Origin: a virus
Taxonomy: Duplodnaviria; Heunggongvirae; Uroviricota; Caudoviricetes
DNA length: 64,000 bases
Direction: 5' to 3' (one strand)
IMG/VR virus record: IMGVR_UViG_3300021431_000082
Location: 72,047-136,046 of that record
How positions within the stretch are numbered: the stretch's first letter is position 1; each line of letters opens with the position of its first letter. The notes under the pieces are model-generated. The model did not search any database. It had not been told where the DNA came from and saw only the letters and a program-made list of their open reading frames with translations. Positions 22,656-32,378 of this stretch are shown here, piece after piece. A program made the translations under genes and the position numbers.

Positions 22656-22806
22656 AAACTTCAAGAGTATATCAATCAAAGTTAACCCTGAGTATTACCG
22701 GCGACTCAGCGAATACTCACAGAAGAATGAGATTCCAATTCGACAGATGATACTCCAATCTCTCGATAAATACATGAAGGCCCATCCAGTTAAATCTGAG
22801 TCATAG
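22636..22806 (+). CDS. Ribbon-helix-helix regulator 3
   Basis: ISIKVNPEYYRRLSEYS...IRQMILQSL; GAGGAG RBS; first stop is TAG. Confidence 0.65.
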   Translation: MGLDAHKNFKSISIKVNPEYYRRLSEYSQKNEIPIRQMILQSLDKYMKAHPVKSES

Positions 22807-23029
22807 GTTTTACAAATACCGGATCGAAACCAGAATCTACAAGCTATAACCTCATCACCTGATTTCCCCTTTATCATTCTTACAGTCTGAATGTGTTAGC
22901 GGGCTAATCTGAGCTATCAGTTTAATCGACGATAAAGTCTAAAGCGGTGTGGCTATGAGTCTATCTATCGGTGAAAAGTCTAATGGCGAAAAATAATACT
23001 TGACAAGTTTTAAATCGTGTGGTATTTTA

Positions 23030-23290
23030 TTTTAATTATAATAAGACTCTAACTCAGATATAATTTTAATCTTAGTTAGAGTTTTAATTTTTGTATTTAG
23101 TATTTAATCTCAGATTAAAGTCTTATTACAATCAATGTATTAATATATTCAATCCAACTACGTTGGATTGAGTAGTATAGTTTATATTAGTTTAATCTGA
23201 GATAAGAGTCTTATTAAGATTAGTGTTTTAAAATGTATTAACCTATAAACTGTTAACTCAGATTAAATACTAGATACTATACTACTTGGC
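23030..23290. repeat. AT-rich direct/inverted repeat cluster, candidate replication origin or operator array
   Basis: CTCAGAT(TAA) at 23053, 23109, 23257 and inverted at 23192; palindrome AATCCAAC-TAC-GTTGGATT near 23150-23170; AGTAGTATAG/CTATACTACT at 23171/23277; lies near the strand switch. Confidence 0.55.
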
Positions 23291-23316
23291 CTCAGCCAAA
23301 AAATTCTTTTTAACGC

Positions 23317-23346
23317 TTGACAACATTAGATAGCCATGATACTATA
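23317..23346 (+). promoter_or_regulatory. Sigma70-type promoter containing the ACAACATTAGATAG motif
   Basis: TTGACA-17 nt-TACTAT upstream of the antirepressor gene. Confidence 0.7.
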
Positions 23347-23392
23347 ACCAAAACGGGCGACCAGCTCGTCTTTAATCTCCCAACAACATTAG

Positions 23393-24334
23393 TTGCCAAT
23401 GACACATACGGAGGATAACATGAACAACCTTACAACCTTTACTCACCCTGAGCTCGGATCAATGCGAGCGGTTAATAGCGGCGATATGCCCTGGTTCATC
23501 GGGAAGGATGTCGCAGAGAGACTCGGCTATTCAAATCCCTCTGACGCAATCTACAAACATGTCGATGAAGAGGACAAGCAGACCATCATGCTGGATATCG
23601 GGGCAGATATGCAAAACGCAGATGTGCCCAGCAAGTCTCTCGGGCAAACCAAAACAACAATCATCAACGAGTCTGGTGTGTATACTCTCACATTCAAATC
23701 GAAGCTGCCGCAGGCGAAGCGATTTAGGCGCTGGGTTACCTCTGAAGTCTTACCGGCGCTCAGGCGTAATGGTACCTACTCCATGACCAATGTCGATACG
23801 AACAAGGCTCTCATGGAAGCTGTCTCAATTATCAAAGCGCAGAACAAACTCATTATGGAGTCGAACAATCAGATGGGTATGTTAAAAGCACAGTACGCAA
23901 GACTGACTGACAGTATGGCAGATATTAATATAAGGCTCGATGCTCTCGGTAATATGGGGAATCGTCAGATCGATCTCCTCTCAGCATTAGTTAGCCATGA
24001 TAGCGCACCTGAAGCTGTTGCTGAAGTGGCCGTAACAACCAATACTAATATTCCTGAGTTTGCAGCTGAGCCTCTCGGAGTACGGGCAAGCGCAAAGGAA
24101 CTCGGAATGAAGCAGCGCGAGTTTGTCACCTGGATGATCTCTCATGGAGTATTCACCAGGAACAGATACGGGAATCTCTGTCTCACTGATAGATACGCCG
24201 ATTGTGAGAAGTCGTTCCAGGTATCGCACTTCAAGCGGTGGTACATGGAAGAGCCGGCTATCTCAGTTAAGATTACTGCAAGTGGACGTAGAGTTATCTG
24301 GAATGCAATCCAGTCTGAAAGGAGTGCTGCATGA
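23393..24334 (+). CDS. BRO-N / KilAC antirepressor-like protein
   Basis: PWFIGKDVA, INESGVY, FRRWVTSEVLPALRRNG; C-terminal ASAKELGMKQREF. Confidence 0.88.
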   Translation: MPMTHTEDNMNNLTTFTHPELGSMRAVNSGDMPWFIGKDVAERLGYSNPSDAIYKHVDEEDKQTIMLDIGADMQNADVPSKSLGQTKTTIINESGVYTLTFKSKLPQAKRFRRWVTSEVLPALRRNGTYSMTNVDTNKALMEAVSIIKAQNKLIMESNNQMGMLKAQYARLTDSMADINIRLDALGNMGNRQIDLLSALVSHDSAPEAVAEVAVTTNTNIPEFAAEPLGVRASAKELGMKQREFVTWMISHGVFTRNRYGNLCLTDRYADCEKSFQVSHFKRWYMEEPAISVKITASGRRVIWNAIQSERSAA

Positions 24335-24503
24335 TCAAGATTATAACTAACGTATCTGGAGACTGGTCAATATTAAAGGTTGATGGTTTTACTCGAAGTA
24401 ATCAATCTCTTGGAGTGCAGGAGTTTGTTGATCTGCTCAATTATCTCGGATACGATGTGCAGTTTGAAGTGATAACAGATGAAATGATGGAGGAATTAGC
24501 ATA

Positions 24504-24851
24504 ATGGAATTAAAGGAATTTGTAGAGGCTAAGAAGAGAATGTGCAATAAATATATTTGCAGCGAATGTCCTATGAGCTCCATATATTCAAACAATCAAT
24601 TTTCGTCGTGTCATGCCATCGTAATGAGTAATCCAGAAGCAGCCGATGAGATTGTTTCTAAATGGGCATCTGAGCATCCGATAAAGACAAACGCAATGAA
24701 GATCAAAGAGGTGTTTAACACGGATATTAAGGTCGTCGCTTTAAATCCTGATACATTCCTCGTAAGTATAAACTACGACAGTTCTAATGGGATCAAAGCA
24801 CTTAAGGCGTGGTTAGAATCTGAATATGTTGAACCACGGATCGAAAGATGA
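24504..24851 (+). CDS. Cys-containing hypothetical protein (paralogue A)
   Basis: MELKEFV..KRMC...CSECP...IVSKW. Confidence 0.75.
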   Translation: MELKEFVEAKKRMCNKYICSECPMSSIYSNNQFSSCHAIVMSNPEAADEIVSKWASEHPIKTNAMKIKEVFNTDIKVVALNPDTFLVSINYDSSNGIKALKAWLESEYVEPRIER

Positions 24852-24943
24852 GGTCATCAATATTTCTTCATTGACGAGGATTGGAAATACAAACCATAGA
24901 ACACAAATAGCATTATACCGAAAACAGATCAAAGGGGACATGC

Positions 24944-25924
24944 ATGAAGATTGTTAATACGCATACCGGAAAGATCTTTGTTGATCCAGACAGGAGACTT
25001 GAGTTTCTCGCTGTTGGTGATTACGGAAAGGAAGCCAATATCAAAGCTGACTTCCTCGGACTCACCAAAGAGATTTATGGCGTGACACATACAGATGTTG
25101 ATCTTAGCAAAAAATTTGTAGCGACCATTAGCACACAGAAGGGCTGTTTCATGAGATGTACATTTTGTGATTGCCCGAAGTACGGCTTCTACGGAAATGC
25201 ATCATTAGACGATTTGCGCTATGAAGTCGAGACAATACTACAGACTATTGGCGTAGACACAAAACGATTCAACCTACATTTTGCAAGAATGGGTGAACCC
25301 ACCTGGAACGAACATGTACTTGACTTTGCAAGAAACGATTTAATCCCACTGGTACGCAGCTATATTAAGGCTGACACTATTCATCCGGTGGTATCTACCA
25401 TGCTTCCAAAGTTTAACAAACGACTTACCGAGTTTCTTCTGGACTGGTGTGATATCAAAAACAATGTCTATCATGGGGAGGCCGGATTACAGTTCAGCAT
25501 CAACAGCCTAAATGAAAATCAGCGAAGCTTGCAGATGTCAGACCTTTCGCTCGGTTTATCCGAGATCTCTGCACTTGCTGACAAACTTCCGACTCCACTT
25601 GGAAGAAAGTACACACTTAACTTCGCAGTTACCAATGACACCATTCTTGATGCGAGGGCATTAGATGGTTTGTTCGATAAGGATAAATGGATTGTAAAGA
25701 TTACGCCAATCCATGAGACACATGCTGCAATTGAGAACGGCTTTGATACAGGTGATACATATACTGACTACAATGTGTACCGGAAATTTGAACAGCCGCT
25801 ACTCGATCTTGGTTGGGATGTGATTGTTTTTGTTCCGAGCAAAGAAGAAGACTCAGATAGAATTACTTGCGGCAATGCTTTGATAAGCGAAATGCGTGAG
25901 TCAGACATCAAGTCGGAGGATTAA
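24944..25924 (+). CDS. RlmN/Cfr-like radical SAM protein
   Basis: ISTQKGCFMRCTFC (CxxxCxxC), RMGEP, C-terminal TCGNAL. Confidence 0.85.
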   Translation: MKIVNTHTGKIFVDPDRRLEFLAVGDYGKEANIKADFLGLTKEIYGVTHTDVDLSKKFVATISTQKGCFMRCTFCDCPKYGFYGNASLDDLRYEVETILQTIGVDTKRFNLHFARMGEPTWNEHVLDFARNDLIPLVRSYIKADTIHPVVSTMLPKFNKRLTEFLLDWCDIKNNVYHGEAGLQFSINSLNENQRSLQMSDLSLGLSEISALADKLPTPLGRKYTLNFAVTNDTILDARALDGLFDKDKWIVKITPIHETHAAIENGFDTGDTYTDYNVYRKFEQPLLDLGWDVIVFVPSKEEDSDRITCGNALISEMRESDIKSED

Positions 25925-25927
25925 AGA

Positions 25928-26263
25928 ATGGAGTTCAAAGAATTTGTAAAAACAATGAAGAGAATGTGTGACAGGACAGGTGGTTGTGATAAATGCCCTT
26001 TAAATGCGCTTGCTTCAGACACAGTAATCTACTCATGTTTTCAAATTGTATATTTCAATCCTGAGAAGGCTGAAGAGATCGTTTCTAAATGGGGGTTTGA
26101 ACACCCATTGACAAACGCAGAAAGAATCAAAGAAGTATTTGGTTTGGACATTAGTGTTGATTTGTCTGATAACGGTGACTCCACTGTGAGAATTAACGGT
26201 AGTAGCTTTCGTGGAAATGAAAAGCTTAAAGATTGGCTTGAGGACAGATATGTTGAGATGTGA
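25928..26263 (+). CDS. Cys-containing hypothetical protein (paralogue B)
   Basis: MEFKEFV..KRMC...CDKCP...IVSKW. Confidence 0.75.
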   Translation: MEFKEFVKTMKRMCDRTGGCDKCPLNALASDTVIYSCFQIVYFNPEKAEEIVSKWGFEHPLTNAERIKEVFGLDISVDLSDNGDSTVRINGSSFRGNEKLKDWLEDRYVEM

Positions 26264-26430
26264 TCATGATTACCGTATGAACCGATGGCATATTACTCAT
26301 GGGCCAATTGGGAATGATCCAGCTTTTATCGAGATTGAATATAAATGTTCGAAGTGTGAGAAGCTGAAATATGAATACGATATCATCGCGAACTTAAACC
26401 ATTATTACATCATAAGCGAGGGGCGACTAA

Positions 26431-29187
26431 ATGCTCGATAAGCAAATTCACTGTTGGACAACAGACACCGGCAACTACTACACCGCCCATGAACGCAGGC
26501 TGCATAATTTGAATCAGCGATTTAGAACGGAGCGGAACCGGGTTGTTGAAGCCATTCGAAAGATTGAAGCTAATCTGGAATCACCGGATATATCTGACGA
26601 TGAAGCGGCATCTTTACATTCAAAGCTGAAGAAGCTTCAAGAAGTAAAGGAGATGAAGGTAACCGGGGCACATAAAAGTAAAGAGGCTCTCAAGCAGCTG
26701 ATTGCCAACCGGGTTAACCAAAACATCCTGACAAACGGACGAGACCATAAAAACGTCCTGGACGAATCAGGTCTCTCTCCATCTTCGGTGATTTCGGTAT
26801 TTGAATCTAACCTCAGTCGAATCATCGGAGCCAAGACGAATGAGTTTACCGATGATCTTATTACAGTTCAGATATATTACTACGAACTGTTTAAAGATCT
26901 TGCGTACTTCGGCTTCTGGTATCGAGGCGAACACTACGTTTACTTCTCATCTTCTGCCGGACAGATCAGACGTAAGAAGGCTGTCTTTATCAAAGAGTCA
27001 ACCTGGGAGCGGTGCCAGCGGACGATCATGTGTGGTCTTACCGTAGATACCATCAACGAACATGGCGGTTGCAACGCAAATAAATATTTAGCCTACCTGG
27101 CTTTGCAGAACTCTGCTACCGATCCATGGGAAGATTTCAACATTGATAAGTCAATCGTTATTGATGATTTCGAGACTGAAGTACTTGGAACCTTCGACAA
27201 TATCGACGATACGACTTACAAGGTTGAGCGTACTACAAACAAAGTTACGATCACGCATACTGACGGTGCTGGCATGATGCTTCCAAAGCTTGGACCGAAT
27301 CGAATGGTACGAGCTCCATTTGTTAAAGGGCTTCTTGGTGTATTTGACTTTCGGAAGTTCATTGAGGTTCATAACGGCTCGACTAAGATCACAGACATCT
27401 ATGGCAAGGAGCATGATCTTATTGCCGAAGACATTGAGGTGATCTTTACCAAGTCTCAGTTCAAGATGTGGAAGTACTACGATTCATGGGATCAGTACAA
27501 ACAGTTCTACCATGAGTTCGGATGTATGACCGGATACTGTAATCTTGAGCGGGAGCGAATTGCAAATAACCGGCTGACCTATCAGATGCTCCAGTCTCTT
27601 ACCGACTACACCGACGAAGAGTTCCAGATCATGGTTAGCGCATCGAACAACAAGCTTGAGAACCTTAGCTCTTCGGTAAAGAACATGCAGAGTGTCTTCG
27701 GTGCGACAATCTACAATCAAGACCCAACTCCATTCCAGGAGGCGATTAGGCTTTATCCTGAGTTACTGAACGATGAGTATACCAAGATCACAATCCGTGG
27801 AATCAAAGACAGTCTGGTTAAAGAGTATCGCTCCGGCAAGATTGATATCCGTGGTAAGTATACATTCGTCCTTCCTGACTTCTATGCCGCCTGTCAGTAC
27901 TGGTTCCTCGGTGACAAAGACCCGGAGGGGTTACTTAGGGACGGCGAAGTTTATACCAGGCTATTCCCGAACGACGAACGACTTGACTGCCTGAGAAGTC
28001 CACACCTCTATCAGGAACATGCAATCCGTTACAACCTTGCATATCGTGGTTGCGGTCAGCGTAGGGATCGTGCTGCTGAATGGTATACGACAAATGCAAT
28101 CTATACCTCGTGCCATGATCTGATCTCCCGTATTCTTCAGTTTGACTGTGACGGTGATACTCTTCTCGTGGTGGCAGATGAAAACTTTGTACGTATCGCC
28201 GCAAGGAACATGCGTGGTATCGTCCCGCTCTACTATGAGATGAAGAAGGCCGGATCTTCTCCGCTAAATCGTGAGACCATCTATGATGGATTGATTATGG
28301 CATTCCGACATTCCAACATCGGGATTTACTCGAATAGCATTTCGAAAATCAAGAATAGTCCTGAATTTTTGAGCGATGGTCCAGCCCATGATGAGGCTTT
28401 ATTAGCCATCAAGTTACTTACGCTTGAGAACAATTTTTGTATAGATGCCGCCAAAACTTTATACATGCCAGAGCGCCCAAAAGCAGAGCAGACAATGCTC
28501 TCCCGTTATACATCGGTCAAGTTGCCGGCGTTCTTCAAGTATGCAAAGGACAAGCGTGATGGTCAGGTGCTTCCACCGAATAACAGTTTGGTGAATCGGT
28601 TGTTTGACGCTATAGTTAATCCGAGGCTGAACTTCAGTAGGATTGGTGTTGGCAAACCGGATTGGAGACTATTAGTTTCTGATCCTGATATTGAAATGGA
28701 TCAGAGGGTGATTGATAGATATGCAGAGTTAAGCCGTGATTATCATCTCAAGATGAATCCGACGAATTACAATGCTGCTTATCTCGCCACTATGATCAAG
28801 AACGATCTTGAGCAATTCGGATATGACAGCTATCAGTTAGCAGACATGTTGGTAAGGCGTCTGTACTCTACAAACAATAGCCGCAAAGAAGTTCTGTGGA
28901 GAGTCTTTGGTAAAGAGATCCTGGAGCACATGCAGCAGAACATTCCAGCGCCAAAGACTCGTATAGTGCAATGCGTAGATTGTGGTGAGTATTTTGAGAC
29001 TGCTACTCGAAACGCTACGAGATGCCATGAGTGCCAGACAGAGTATCGCAAATTTCAGAAGCTATTAACAAAGCGAAACGCTACTATACACAAACACACA
29101 GATGGTCTTGTGATTCCACCAGATGTATTGGCACAGCTGAATGCTTGCAATGGAGACTTTAGTAATATGCCAATTATTACTCTGTAG
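26431..29187 (+). CDS. YonO-like single-subunit (double-psi barrel) phage RNA polymerase
   Basis: 918 aa; HTDGAGM, LRSPHL and catalytic QFDCDGD (DxDGD) motifs; C-terminal CxxC...CxxC. Confidence 0.85.
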   Translation: MLDKQIHCWTTDTGNYYTAHERRLHNLNQRFRTERNRVVEAIRKIEANLESPDISDDEAASLHSKLKKLQEVKEMKVTGAHKSKEALKQLIANRVNQNILTNGRDHKNVLDESGLSPSSVISVFESNLSRIIGAKTNEFTDDLITVQIYYYELFKDLAYFGFWYRGEHYVYFSSSAGQIRRKKAVFIKESTWERCQRTIMCGLTVDTINEHGGCNANKYLAYLALQNSATDPWEDFNIDKSIVIDDFETEVLGTFDNIDDTTYKVERTTNKVTITHTDGAGMMLPKLGPNRMVRAPFVKGLLGVFDFRKFIEVHNGSTKITDIYGKEHDLIAEDIEVIFTKSQFKMWKYYDSWDQYKQFYHEFGCMTGYCNLERERIANNRLTYQMLQSLTDYTDEEFQIMVSASNNKLENLSSSVKNMQSVFGATIYNQDPTPFQEAIRLYPELLNDEYTKITIRGIKDSLVKEYRSGKIDIRGKYTFVLPDFYAACQYWFLGDKDPEGLLRDGEVYTRLFPNDERLDCLRSPHLYQEHAIRYNLAYRGCGQRRDRAAEWYTTNAIYTSCHDLISRILQFDCDGDTLLVVADENFVRIAARNMRGIVPLYYEMKKAGSSPLNRETIYDGLIMAFRHSNIGIYSNSISKIKNSPEFLSDGPAHDEALLAIKLLTLENNFCIDAAKTLYMPERPKAEQTMLSRYTSVKLPAFFKYAKDKRDGQVLPPNNSLVNRLFDAIVNPRLNFSRIGVGKPDWRLLVSDPDIEMDQRVIDRYAELSRDYHLKMNPTNYNAAYLATMIKNDLEQFGYDSYQLADMLVRRLYSTNNSRKEVLWRVFGKEILEHMQQNIPAPKTRIVQCVDCGEYFETATRNATRCHECQTEYRKFQKLLTKRNATIHKHTDGLVIPPDVLAQLNACNGDFSNMPIITL

Positions 29188-29231
29188 ACAAGTTAAAAAA
29201 AATCCTAATTATTTAGATTTATCAGACGCTG

Positions 29232-29255
29232 AAAAGGGGTAAAAACGCCCCTTTT
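29232..29255 (+). terminator. Intrinsic terminator after RNAP gene
   Basis: AAAAGGGGT-AAAAAC-GCCCCTTTTT. Confidence 0.6.
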
Positions 29256-29524
29256 TGGCAAAATTTAGACACGTTAAGGAATCACACCAAAGCACTCCGC
29301 AGTTACATCACTGCGGCATATGAATGCCATGGCAGATGGCTTAATCTGCTAATCTGAAGAACTGGAGAATAGAATGCTTCAAATTGACAAACGCGAGACT
29401 GACTACATGAGAGCGCATGGGGTCTATGTCTCAATGACAAACCGTGGTAAGCGTGGTCGAACCAAGCACTACTACCTTACCGAGTCCATGAAGAATATGA
29501 AGATGCATCGGAGGTACATGGAGA

Positions 29525-30733
29525 GTGAATCTGAAAAAGCTACCCAGTGAAAACGAAGTGCAGTATATCTGGAGGCTATCATCTGCTAAAGGTAGTGGTC
29601 TCCTTGACATGAGCTGGCACGATCTATAGATGATCCTTAACGAGGAGCTGGGTTATGACAACTCCGAAAGCGTCTATCGTAAACAGTATGCCGCTGCCAA
29701 GAAGCTTCTTGATGGTGGATGTTTTCCTCGTATCGGTGATGAGTATCTCAAGGAGCTTGAGGCTAAGAAACATGCGCTTGAGGCTGAGCGCCAGAAACTC
29801 TTTGCCACAAAGGTTGAGTACAATCGTCAGGTAAGACAGGATAGCCGGCAGGAACTCTTTTATCAAAATATCGCTGATCATATCGAAAAGATCAACCCGC
29901 CAGTTCGTGAATACTGCTATGGTGGCGGTGGATTTGAAAATGATAAAGAGTATGTTCTCACCCTATCCGACATTCATGCCGGTGCAAAGTTCGAGACTGC
30001 TACAAACTCTTACTCTCTCGATGAAGTTGCCGCTCGCTTCGGAGTCCTCATTGATTCTGTGGATAGCTACGTTCACAAAGAGAATGTGACAAACCTGAAA
30101 GTTCTATGTCTTGGAGATACGATCCAGGGAATCCTGCGTGTATCCGACCTACAACTCAATGAGACATCGATTGTATATGCGACCGTATACATTGCTAAGG
30201 CTATCGCTGAAACTCTTAACGAGATTTCGAAGTGGTGTACCGTTGACTACTATCATGTACCGTCGGCTAACCATACACAGATTCGTCCGCTCGGAACCAA
30301 AGCAAGCGAACTGAAGAATGAGGATATCGAATATATCATCGGTAACTATATCAAAGATGCGCTTTCGTCCAATGTCCGCATCAATGTCCACCTGAACTTT
30401 GATAAAGAGTACATTGAAGTCCCGATCTTTGATGAAACTGCCATAGCTATGCACGGTCATCAGGTCAAAGATGTAGTTGATACTGTAAAGACGCTTGGGT
30501 TTGTTAATCGTAAATTCTATACCGCAGCTTTCCTCGGACATTATCATTCGTCAGGTCGTACTGTTGCCGGTGAAGATGGAACCAAGGACATCGAGGTTAT
30601 TGTCTGTCCGAGCTTTGTCGGTAGCGATCCGTACAGCGAAAGCTTGTTCAAGGGTGCAAGACCTGCCTGCGGTATGTATATCTTTGATAGGACCTACGGT
30701 TTGATCCGTACCGATAAATTTGTTTTAACGTAA
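29525..30733 (+). CDS. Metallophosphoesterase (402 aa; in-frame TAG at 29627)
   Basis: GTG start; LSDIHAG, LGDTIQG, HGHQ, GHYH motifs; the N-terminal QYIWRL...W segment continues through TAG. Confidence 0.85.
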
Positions 30734-30756
30734 TCTATGAAATGGAGTAAAAAGGA

Positions 30757-31056
30757 ATGAACGAAGCTGGATTTAATAACGTCCAGGTACTTCAGGAGGA
30801 GCTTCGACTACGTGGCTTTAAGATGAAGCAGGAAGACGTTAAGGAAGTGTATCTGGCTTTCTGTGATATGATTCGAGATTTTGCAAGGAATGGTTTCGAG
30901 CTAAACTTCCCAAACATCGGAAAGTTTGTAATCGTAGAACATAAGCCAAGGCAGCTCATCAGTAATCTGACTGGCGAAGTTACCGAACTCCCGTCAAGGA
31001 AGAAGCTTAAGTTTAGGCCGAGCAAGAAAATCAATGACATGATTAACCGGAGGTGA
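30757..31056 (+). CDS. HU-like DNA-binding protein
   Basis: FPNIGKF...RQLISNLTGE...KFRPSKKI. Confidence 0.8.
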   Translation: MNEAGFNNVQVLQEELRLRGFKMKQEDVKEVYLAFCDMIRDFARNGFELNFPNIGKFVIVEHKPRQLISNLTGEVTELPSRKKLKFRPSKKINDMINRR

Positions 31057-31061
31057 TTCAC

Positions 31062-32378
31062 TTGGGACGCCGGCCAAAAGCTGAAGCCATCTCGGCTATC
31101 ACAGGATATGCTCAGATAGATACAGCAAAGAATAATATGATAGCCCAGTTTGATCGTATGAAACCGAGAGATCAACTGGACTTCTTAAAGCGTATTGGCG
31201 TTGGCGTTTCTGAATTTCATCCGGTACAGTAGTTCGCTACCTGTGCAAGATGTGGCGAAGTAAAGCCGACAACTGAATTTTATACCAGTACTGAGACTGG
31301 AGTAGCTTCACATATCACGCCGATATGTAAGGCTTGCGCCAAGATTGTTTCATGCGGTATGGACATGAACGGTAATATTCTGCCGCCATCCAAGGCCAGT
31401 ACGATTAATGCAATGGAATGGTTGCGTAAGCCATTCATTGAATCGGTTTATTCACAAAGCATTGCAACCGCCAACAATGGCGGGAAGCTAAATGCTTTTG
31501 ATACATACATGCAGCAGATCTCACGACAGACTTATGTCGGGCAGAACTTCCGCGCTAACTCTGATTTCTACAATGTCAACAAGCCAGTTGTACTTGAGGA
31601 AGAAGAAGCGCCAAAGATGGCACCGATCAATGAGGATGCTGCAAAAGCTTTTGAGAAAAACAAGATTGACTGCCAGCGGCTGCTTGGATATCTCCCATAT
31701 GAAAATGAGGACTCATCCGATCAGCCTTATTTATATGCAGATCTTGTCAACTTCCTTGGTTCTGTCGAGGATGTAACTGAGAACTTCATGCGTGTACAGA
31801 CTATGGTCGGTATCGTCAGGTGGTATCTTCAGATCACAAAGATTGACAACCAAATCGCAAAGCTATCACAGCAGAGCATGGAAGCAAATATGGCAACGAT
31901 TAAAGGTCTCCAGCAAACTAAAGCACAGATCGTTGACACCATATCTAAATCAGCAGATGACTCCAAGATATCATTGAAGTCGAACCGGGATAATATCAAA
32001 GGCTCGAATACATTCACTGGTAAGCTGAGTAAGCTCAGAGACCTGAATCTTCGGGCAAGCTACGTCAACGGCTTCGATTTGGAGACCTGCAAAGCAATGC
32101 AACAGGTGGCGGATATATCTGATGCCGCCATTCTTAAACAGCTTAACCTTGATGAATCTGAGTGGTCCGATATGGTGGCTGAGCAGCGTAAGATGATTAC
32201 CAAGCTCACCGAGGAATCACACAGTTATCAGGAGGCTGCTCGACTAATACTGAAAGAGAACTTAGACCTTCGGGATACATTAAAAGATCATGGACTGCTC
32301 AACGAGGAAGCGTTAACCGACCTTGATGAGATAGTCACGAAGTATTGGGATAACGATGACGGAAGTCCTGAATCCTAA
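31062..32378 (+). CDS. Putative terminase small subunit / packaging protein (438 aa; TAG at 31230)
   Basis: TTG start after GGAGG; CxxC...CKAC zinc motif; directly upstream of TerL. Confidence 0.7.

Noticed and set aside
23030-23290. CRISPR array
   Set aside because: The repeats are short, occur in both orientations and lack regular unique spacers.
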